This document shows positions 58,814-63,928 of a stretch of DNA of 64,000 nucleotides, in pieces. The DNA comes from a virus. Its lineage: Duplodnaviria; Caudoviricetes. Under the pieces are notes generated by a model, which worked only from the letters and a program-made list of their open reading frames with translations, was not told where the DNA came from and did not search any database. The first letter of the stretch is position 1, and every line of letters begins with the position of its first letter. The stretch lies in the IMG/VR virus record IMGVR_UViG_3300042940_001591; one strand, written 5' to 3'. Position numbers and translations under genes: made by a program.

Positions 58814-60458
58814 TGGTTAAATCAACTTTATTTCCTTTCGCGTCAACAGCATCCGATAAAACAAAGTAGAATAAACCCGCAGTATTTGTTAAAGTAGTTT
58901 TTGGTGTGAATATTAATTTATATGGAGTACCTACTTTAATTCTCGCACTTTTCAATTGGTCAATAGAACCAAACGTTAATCTACCATCTTTATGTGTAGA
59001 AAAGTTTGTGATAGTTGAACCTGAATCAAATATGATATTATCCAAAGTTAATTTAGACTCATCATAATTCATTATTACTTGTAAACCTGCTAATTCTGTC
59101 TTTGTTAATGTAGTGGTTAATACAACCTTACCACCCTCTAATGTTGATGTAATACCTAATGTTGCCTTTTCCACTGCTAAAGTTTGATAAGCCATCGGGG
59201 CAGTACTCATAGATTTTATAGAACTAGTTGCTTTATCATTTACAGAATTTGTAAATTGACCTGCAGTTATTTTAGTTGCAATTACCGCTGGGTCGGATGA
59301 ATGTGACCAGTTTAAGTCTCCACCCCACGCAAATACAGCATAAACCTCTTTTGTAGGTGAATCAATTAATACTCTATTCTTAACCACACCATCTAACCAA
59401 CTTTGATTCAATAAACCACTATACCATCTTACTGATGTTGATGTGTTTGTTGGAATCATTGCGTTTGAGTCAGTATTTTGTCCCATTACATGTGCAAATA
59501 ATGCGTATGAATCTCCTTCACCAAACGCGTTTTGGTTATTGGTTACCTTACCAACTTTCTTTTCCAATGCTGGTAGAGTAAAGAAGTTCGCGGTACCACT
59601 AATATCAGTTTGTGAGTGTCCTAAGAATGCTTTATAGGCATCTGATACGGTTACAATGTTGTTCATCCAAGTTTTTTGAAACGCGGGTCCAACGAATACC
59701 CCAACTGAATCACCCACTTTAACTTGTGTTGTGAATAACGCTTCACCACTTGCATCCAATGGTAATTGTGCAATAGGTTGTTGTGACCAATCAATTTCAC
59801 CACTACCATTTGATTTCAATTTCATCAATTGAACATTATGGTCGGTAATAGTATATCCTTGTGGATATAATACTTTTACTTTGAATTGTGACGTGTTACC
59901 AACAACATTACTTACAGATGACCAACCACCACCAAAGATAGTCCCAACATTTGCACCGGCAGTGTCGGTACCCGTTGCCAAATCTATTTTGAAAATATTG
60001 TTATATGTATTTTGGTCTTTTAAAACATATTTTTGAGTCGCAATTAAACCACTAATAGATGCATCAGCTCTTTGAACGGTTAATTGTCCAACATTCCAAT
60101 CAGCATTTACCGCATAACCCCAAGGAGTTAAACCATATTGAAGATCTAAATTATTATCACTCGTAGTGCTGTTTGGTGTAAACTTATAGTTACTCCATCC
60201 AGTGTAAAATGTTTGGGCAGACGTGCCTTGGTTAAATGCGGTTGACACATATGATAATGCCTTATTATTAAATTGATATCTAAACCAAAGATAACGAGGG
60301 TTTTTAATTACAGTACCTTTTGTTAAGTTATATTTAACCGTTAGTGTGTCTCCTACTTTTAATCCAGTAGTTGGTGTTATTGATTGACTAATTGTTAATT
60401 GACCGAATGATGTAAAGGCGATCAATAAAAAAAAGCTAAGAGAGAGTAGTTTTTTCAT
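58806..60458 (-). CDS. Secreted cohesin-like / dockerin-like protein, paralog of the adjacent adhesin
   Basis: Signal peptide; VGDTLTVKYNL..FRYQFNNKALSY; IVTVSDAYKAF; GDLNWSHS; GLQVIMNYDESKLTL. Confidence 0.7.
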   Translation of the reverse strand: MKKLLSLSFFLLIAFTSFGQLTISQSITPTTGLKVGDTLTVKYNLTKGTVIKNPRYLWFRYQFNNKALSYVSTAFNQGTSAQTFYTGWSNYKFTPNSTTSDNNLDLQYGLTPWGYAVNADWNVGQLTVQRADASISGLIATQKYVLKDQNTYNNIFKIDLATGTDTAGANVGTIFGGGWSSVSNVVGNTSQFKVKVLYPQGYTITDHNVQLMKLKSNGSGEIDWSQQPIAQLPLDASGEALFTTQVKVGDSVGVFVGPAFQKTWMNNIVTVSDAYKAFLGHSQTDISGTANFFTLPALEKKVGKVTNNQNAFGEGDSYALFAHVMGQNTDSNAMIPTNTSTSVRWYSGLLNQSWLDGVVKNRVLIDSPTKEVYAVFAWGGDLNWSHSSDPAVIATKITAGQFTNSVNDKATSSIKSMSTAPMAYQTLAVEKATLGITSTLEGGKVVLTTTLTKTELAGLQVIMNYDESKLTLDNIIFDSGSTITNFSTHKDGRLTFGSIDQLKSARIKVGTPYKLIFTPKTTLTNTAGLFYFVLSDAVDAKGNKVDLTIE

Positions 60459-60473
60459 TTTATTATTTTTTTT

Positions 60474-61124
60474 TTATTTTTTATCCATTAATTTATTTAT
60501 TAATTTTTCACTAGCCTTTTTAAGTGCATTACTTAAAGATGTTTGGTTAAACGACCCCCCTTCATCGACAATAAGCGTCGACATAGAAACTTCAGATGAT
60601 GATTCCTCAACAACAAATTCTTTTTCTTTTTTACCGTCTTTTGTTAATGTTCCCTTCAATCTAATAACCACTTCCTCCTGATTAGAATGGAAAACAGATA
60701 TGTTCTTCTTTGTTGTAAGAACATCTAAATAAACAATTTGTACTTTTAATTTGTAAGGAGATGATGCCGATAAATCGTAGCCTTTTTCTTGTAAAAACTC
60801 TTCTAATATGTTTTTAACCCCGAATGCTAAATTTCTGTTACCAGCCAATTTACCAATTTTAACCTCATTGGTTACACTCTCAACCCAAATATGGTCTTCA
60901 GCATTATACCAAATGTTTTCTGGAGAGTTTTTGAATGTTCCATCAATTCTCCACGAAATCCAATTAACGATATTTCGTTGCAACTCATGTTTGCCGGAAA
61001 ACTCTAAATAAACAAAGAATAATTGAAAACAAAGGGCAAAGACTATCCAAAATACTACTAATCTTAAAAATACCCAAAATAATATATTGCCTAAATTAAG
61101 TGATAATGTTCTAATTCTTTCCAT
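60474..61124 (-). CDS. Membrane-anchored protein with CsgG/TolB-N-like domain
   Basis: N-terminal TM; LAFGVKNILEEFLQ..FNQTSLSNALKKA parallels GLGVANISMEYLE..FNQSTISIATKKA of 51517-52239. Confidence 0.55.
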   Translation of the reverse strand: MERIRTLSLNLGNILFWVFLRLVVFWIVFALCFQLFFVYLEFSGKHELQRNIVNWISWRIDGTFKNSPENIWYNAEDHIWVESVTNEVKIGKLAGNRNLAFGVKNILEEFLQEKGYDLSASSPYKLKVQIVYLDVLTTKKNISVFHSNQEEVVIRLKGTLTKDGKKEKEFVVEESSSEVSMSTLIVDEGGSFNQTSLSNALKKASEKLINKLMDKK

Positions 61125-61200
61125 ATGAAATTTTTTAAAGTACTCCTGGCAATTTTCATATGAAAAGAGTCAGGAGAGAGATAATTTTTATTTGTCCCTT

Positions 61201-61207
61201 ATAAATA
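61201..61207 (-). promoter_or_regulatory. TATTTAT motif (putative phage-sigma promoter) heading the envelope-protein cluster
   Basis: The same motif precedes many structural genes on the sense strand (e.g. 646, 2667, 4666, 11891, 25462, 32412). Confidence 0.55.
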
Positions 61208-61250
61208 TCAACACTTTATACATCTGACAAAAAAAAGTTTTTAACTTTTC

Positions 61251-61281
61251 TTGATTATATACGTATTTATTAATATCTTTG
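61251..61281 (+). promoter_or_regulatory. Bacteroidota sigma-A-type promoter for the tRNA array
   Basis: TTG (61251-53) - N20 - TATCTTTG (61274-81). Confidence 0.75.
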
Positions 61282-61310
61282 TAAAAGAAAAAAAGATAAA
61301 ACTAAATTCA

Positions 61311-61406
61311 ATGAGACAATTAACAAACATAACGTCGACATCAAACCAACTAAATTGGAATGAGCAACCTATGCGCATATGTCTCGATGATACTGATGTT
61401 GGTTAA
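61311..61406 (+). CDS. Putative leader peptide (31 aa) of the tRNA array
   Basis: MRQLTNITSTSNQLNWNEQPMRICLDDTDVG*; A-rich upstream context; lies between promoter and terminator. Confidence 0.55.
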   Translation: MRQLTNITSTSNQLNWNEQPMRICLDDTDVG

Positions 61407-61429
61407 TTTAGTTTAACTTAAAATATTAG

Positions 61430-61468
61430 AAAACCTCGGGACTTAAAAATCTCGAGGTTTTTTGTTTT
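61430..61468 (+). terminator. Intrinsic terminator/attenuator immediately before the first tRNA
   Basis: aaaacctcggga-cttaaaaa-tctcgaggtttt (12 bp, one G-U) followed by ttgtttt. Confidence 0.75.
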
Positions 61469-61476
61469 ATACAAAT

Positions 61477-61551
61477 AGGGTAATGGACTAATGGCTAAGT
61501 CACTTGCTTTGGGAGCAAGGCATCATGGAGGTTCGAGTCCTCTTTACCCTA
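61477..61551 (+). tRNA. tRNA-Pro(TGG)
   Basis: AGGGTAA/TTACCCT acceptor; CTTGC-TTTGGGA-GCAAG; GGAGG-TTCGAGT-CCTCT. Confidence 0.9.
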
Positions 61552-61556
61552 CAAAC

Positions 61557-61628
61557 GCTGATTTAGCTCAGAGGTAGAGCACGAAGCTGTTAACTTCGGG
61601 GTCCAGATATCGTAATTCTGAATCAGCG
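61557..61628 (+). tRNA. tRNA-Asn(GTT), atypical T-loop
   Basis: GCTGATT/AATCAGC; CGAAG-CTGTTAA-CTTCG; T-arm CAGAT-ATCGTAA-TTCTG. Confidence 0.85.
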
Positions 61629-61634
61629 CAAAAT

Positions 61635-61706
61635 GCGTGTGTAGTTCAATTGGTAGAATTTCGGTCTCCAAAACCGAAGATGAAGGTTCGAGTCCTTACA
61701 TGCGTG
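61635..61706 (+). tRNA. tRNA-Trp(CCA)
   Basis: GTTC-AATTGGTA-GAAT D-arm; TCGGT-CTCCAAA-ACCGA; AAGG-TTCGAGT-CCTT. Confidence 0.9.
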
Positions 61707-61713
61707 CAACAAT

Positions 61714-61793
61714 ACCCGAGTGGTGGAATGGTATACACAGCGGTCTTAGAAACCGTGTCGAAAGGCGTGTCGGTTCGAGTCCGACCTTGGGTA
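61714..61793 (+). tRNA. tRNA-Leu(TAG)
   Basis: ACCCGAG/CTTGGGT; GCGGT-CTTAGAA-ACCGT; long variable arm; GTCGG-TTCGAGT-CCGAC. Confidence 0.92.
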
Positions 61794-61798
61794 CATAT

Positions 61799-61869
61799 TG
61801 TCCTTTAGTATAGTGGTAGTACAGATGGTTTTGGTCCATCTAGCTGTGGTTCGAGCCCACGAGGGACAA
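61799..61869 (+). tRNA. tRNA-Gln(TTG)
   Basis: TGTCCTT/AGGGACA; GATGG-TTTTGGT-CCATC; TGTGG-TTCGAGC-CCACG. Confidence 0.9.
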
Positions 61870-61874
61870 CATAT

Positions 61875-61947
61875 TGCGGGGAGGAGGGTACCCGACCAGT
61901 CTCATAAGCTGTGTCTTTTCCGGTTTCGACTACCGGCCCCGCAACCA
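61875..61947 (+). tRNA. tRNA-Met(CAT), initiator-like acceptor, aberrant D-arm, encoded CCA
   Basis: TGCGGGG/CCCCGCA-A-CCA; CAGT-CTCATAA-GCTG; CCGGT-TTCGACT-ACCGG. Confidence 0.75.
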
Positions 61948-61964
61948 AAAAGATTTTAAAATAA

Positions 61965-61996
61965 TTTGGAATATCTGAAATTATTTATTATCTTTG
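61965..61996 (+). promoter_or_regulatory. Bacteroidota sigma-A-type promoter, internal to the array
   Basis: TTTG (61965-68) - N20 - TATCTTTG (61989-96). Confidence 0.75.
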
Positions 61997-62003
61997 TTAA
62001 ACA

Positions 62004-62089
62004 ATGGTTGATTGGGATTTAACGGGGCTAGCGAATAGCGAGAAACGCCAATCATAAAAACAGATGTCCACACCCCCATCTTCTGTTTT
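62004..62089 (+). other. Structured leader: 17-aa uORF (62004-62057) plus hairpin, before tRNA-Thr
   Basis: MVDWDLTGLANSEKRQS*; TGATTGG/CCAATCA stem; AAAACAGATG...CATCTTCTGTTTT hairpin. Confidence 0.4.
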
Positions 62090-62097
62090 CCATAGTA

Positions 62098-62171
62098 GCC
62101 CGAATAGCTCAGCTGGCCAGAGCAACTGATTTGTAATCAGTAGGTCCTCAGTTCGAATCTGAGTTTGGGCT
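62098..62171 (+). tRNA. tRNA-Thr(TGT)
   Basis: GCCCGAA/TTTGGGC; ACTGA-TTTGTAA-TCAGT; CTCAG-TTCGAAT-CTGAG. Confidence 0.93.
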
Positions 62172-62173
62172 CA

Positions 62174-62349
62174 ACAGGTGACGACGGTGGTGTAACCCCA
62201 CTGTCTATGAATCCCAAAAGATCCGTCTGACTCGCGAGGTAGGGCGGTGAGGGTAGAGTTACTATAAGTCGGGAATAATTACCCCAATACGAAAATGTAA
62301 CCGCAGACTATGTCTGTTATGATGTACATAGATGGTACGAAAAACCTGT
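62174..62349 (+). ncRNA. Candidate ~175-nt multi-stem ncRNA
   Basis: Closing ACAGGT/ACCTGT; GACGGTGG/CCACTGTC; CCGTCT/GGGCGG; GTTAC/GTAAC; GCAGAC/GTCTGT; GC-rich, no ORF. Confidence 0.5.
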
Positions 62350-62361
62350 AACTTTTTGAAA

Positions 62362-62426
62362 CTAACTCAACGAGGACTTTGTCAACCAGAGCAGTGACTC
62401 GGATGGTGCAACTTAAGGTGAGTTAG
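62362..62426 (+). ncRNA. Candidate ~65-nt structured RNA
   Basis: CTAACTCA/TGAGTTAG closing stem; CGAG/CTCG and GTCA/TGAC inner stems. Confidence 0.35.
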
Positions 62427-62437
62427 AATCAATTTTT

Positions 62438-62522
62438 AGAGAGTTGGCCGAGTGGTTGATGGCACCAGTCTTGAAAACTGGCATACTGAAAGGTATCTGG
62501 GGTTCGAATCCCTAACTCTCTG
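62438..62522 (+). tRNA. tRNA-Ser(TGA)
   Basis: AGAGAGT/ACTCTCT-G; CCAGT-CTTGAAA-ACTGG; long variable arm; TGGGG-TTCGAAT-CCCTA. Confidence 0.93.
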
Positions 62523-62526
62523 CAAG

Positions 62527-62610
62527 AATTAACTAAGATACTGTAAAACCAGTAGGTGGTGATTCCAGATTTATCTGTGAGCCATTTAAACCCTGATAGC
62601 AATGTTAATT
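62527..62610 (+). ncRNA. Candidate ~85-nt structured RNA
   Basis: AATTAAC/GTTAATT closing; TACTG/CAGTA; GTGGT/GCCAT enclosing CAGA/TCTG. Confidence 0.35.
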
Positions 62611-62643
62611 TTTAATATATAATATTTTTTTTATATTAAGATA

Positions 62644-62674
62644 TTGATTTCCAACATTTTATTCTGTATATTTG
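62644..62674 (+). promoter_or_regulatory. Bacteroidota sigma-A-type promoter
   Basis: TTG (62644-46) - N20 - TATATTTG (62667-74). Confidence 0.7.
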
Positions 62675-62698
62675 TCATATTATTAATATTTATAATAT

Positions 62699-63001
62699 AT
62701 GATAGATAAAATCACATTATCGTTAATGTTATTTTTTAACACATTAACATCATCTATCGACCCAAGTCTTTCTGATGAAAGAAAGTCAGTCAATCAAATA
62801 AAAAAAGAGATTAAATCCCTTGAAAGAAAGATTGAATGGGTTGAAGTAACAGATGAGAATTACGCTAGCAGGGCCGTCAAAACCAAAGAAATCACGGACG
62901 AGATTACCAAATTGAATGGTAAAATTGTAAAGATTGAGAAGGTTGCAAAATTAAAAGAGAAATGGGCAACGGAAGATTCCTTGTCCAAATCAAAAAAATG
63001 A
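62699..63001 (+). CDS. Exported coiled-coil protein
   Basis: Hydrophobic N-terminus, then a heptad-rich helix. Confidence 0.65.
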   Translation: MIDKITLSLMLFFNTLTSSIDPSLSDERKSVNQIKKEIKSLERKIEWVEVTDENYASRAVKTKEITDEITKLNGKIVKIEKVAKLKEKWATEDSLSKSKK

Positions 63002-63447
63002 AAAAAATTTTTTTAGTGCTAACGTTACTTTTGGGAGTGGAAGTCGTAGCAAATGGACAAGAGTGGTTTATAACCGCCACTCGAAAAGGCGGTCCATCAG
63101 ACGGTTATATAACAGGTGGTTTTATGAAAAAAGGTTGGGGGTTTTATGCGGGACTTCCATACGGTGAAATAAAAACCCCAAATGGCGGAATTTCAATTCC
63201 CCCTGGTGTTAACACCAATACAGGAAATGTGTCCGATAACATGAAGTTTGGTGTTCTTAGACAATTAAAAGAAGACAAGGCGATTGTTGGATTTGGATTA
63301 CAGCCAACACTTGATGGTAATAAACCAAATTTTCTTATAATGTACAATCCACTTAGGCCAAGTACTGTTATAAATTTATGGACAATTGGTAATTTAGTCG
63401 GTAGTGATTTTACATTAGGACTTGGATTATCGTATAAAGTAAAATAA
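62998..63447 (+). CDS. Small outer-membrane beta-barrel-like protein (start set at MKKIFL)
   Basis: Signal peptide (VANG-Q); amphipathic strands; C-terminal FTLGLGLSYKVK. Confidence 0.7.
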   Translation: MKKIFLVLTLLLGVEVVANGQEWFITATRKGGPSDGYITGGFMKKGWGFYAGLPYGEIKTPNGGISIPPGVNTNTGNVSDNMKFGVLRQLKEDKAIVGFGLQPTLDGNKPNFLIMYNPLRPSTVINLWTIGNLVGSDFTLGLGLSYKVK

Positions 63448-63472
63448 AATAAAATTTTAGTTAAGTTAATTC

Positions 63473-63508
63473 CCTGAACAAACTAAAAAAATTGTTCGGG
63501 GTTTTTTT
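63473..63508 (+). terminator. Intrinsic terminator
   Basis: ccctgaacaa...ttgttcgggg followed by T7. Confidence 0.7.
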
Positions 63509-63525
63509 ATATCACATTTTTTGTT

Positions 63526-63533
63526 TATGTTTG
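63526..63533 (+). promoter_or_regulatory. Bacteroidota -7 element before tRNA-Leu(TAA)
   Basis: TATGTTTG. Confidence 0.55.
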
Positions 63534-63568
63534 AGTTATAGTTCTTTGATGTATTGGAAAAACAAAAT

Positions 63569-63653
63569 GCCTGAGTGATGAAATGGTATACATGACAGAC
63601 TTAAAATCTGTTGAGCAGAAACGCTCGTGCGGGTTCAAGTCCCGCCTCAGGTA
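63569..63653 (+). tRNA. tRNA-Leu(TAA)
   Basis: GCCTGAG/CTCAGGT; ACAGA-CTTAAAA-TCTGT; long variable arm; GCGGG-TTCAAGT-CCCGC. Confidence 0.93.
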
Positions 63654-63655
63654 CA

Positions 63656-63765
63656 AATGTAATGACTCAGAAATGAGTGACGGAACGGACGCTACGTATG
63701 AAATGGAAACTTTTGATGCACGTACAAAGGTGCTGATTAGAAACAAACCGTACAGACATTACATT
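63656..63765 (+). ncRNA. Candidate ~110-nt structured RNA
   Basis: Perfect 9-bp closing stem AATGTAATG/CATTACATT; ACTCA-GAAA-TGAGT GNRA hairpin; ACGG/CCGT; TACGT/ACGTA. Confidence 0.45.
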
Positions 63766-63770
63766 AACTT

Positions 63771-63844
63771 GGTTCCGTAGCTCAGTTGGATAGAGCAACA
63801 TCCTTCTAAGATGTGGGTCTTTGGTTCGAATCCAAACGGGATCA
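63771..63844 (+). tRNA. tRNA-Arg(TCT)
   Basis: GGTTCCG/CGGGATC; ACATC-CTTCTAA-GATGT; TTTGG-TTCGAAT-CCAAA. Confidence 0.93.
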
Positions 63845-63854
63845 CGTAAATTTT

Positions 63855-63928
63855 GGACTTGTAGCTCACTCGGTTAGAGCGGCACACTCATAATGTGAAG
63901 GTAGTAGGTTCGATTCCTACCTGGTCCA
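63855..63928 (+). tRNA. tRNA(CAT), probably Ile2 (lysidine) type, possibly elongator Met
   Basis: GGACTTG/CTGGTCC-A; CACA-CTCATAA-TGTG; GTAGG-TTCGATT-CCTAC; overall look closer to ileX-type tRNAs. Confidence 0.85.

Noticed and set aside
62004-62089. SAM-II riboswitch (GATTTAAC after a P1-like stem)
   Set aside because: The required 3' pseudoknot strand ending in an A-rich UAAA segment is not present, and it precedes tRNAs rather than SAM-related genes.
62174-63765. tmRNA, RNase P, hammerhead, pistol or FMN/glycine riboswitch identity for the inter-tRNA elements
   Set aside because: Signature cores (GGGGCTGA/tag ORF, GAGGAAAGUCC, CUGAUGA+GAAA in correct register, etc.) could not be fitted by eye; left as unknown ncRNA candidates.
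63583-63780. 65-aa ORF (and internal 35-aa MSDGTD... ORF)
   Set aside because: Overlaps tRNA-Leu and tRNA-Arg; the region is better explained as tRNAs plus a structured spacer RNA.
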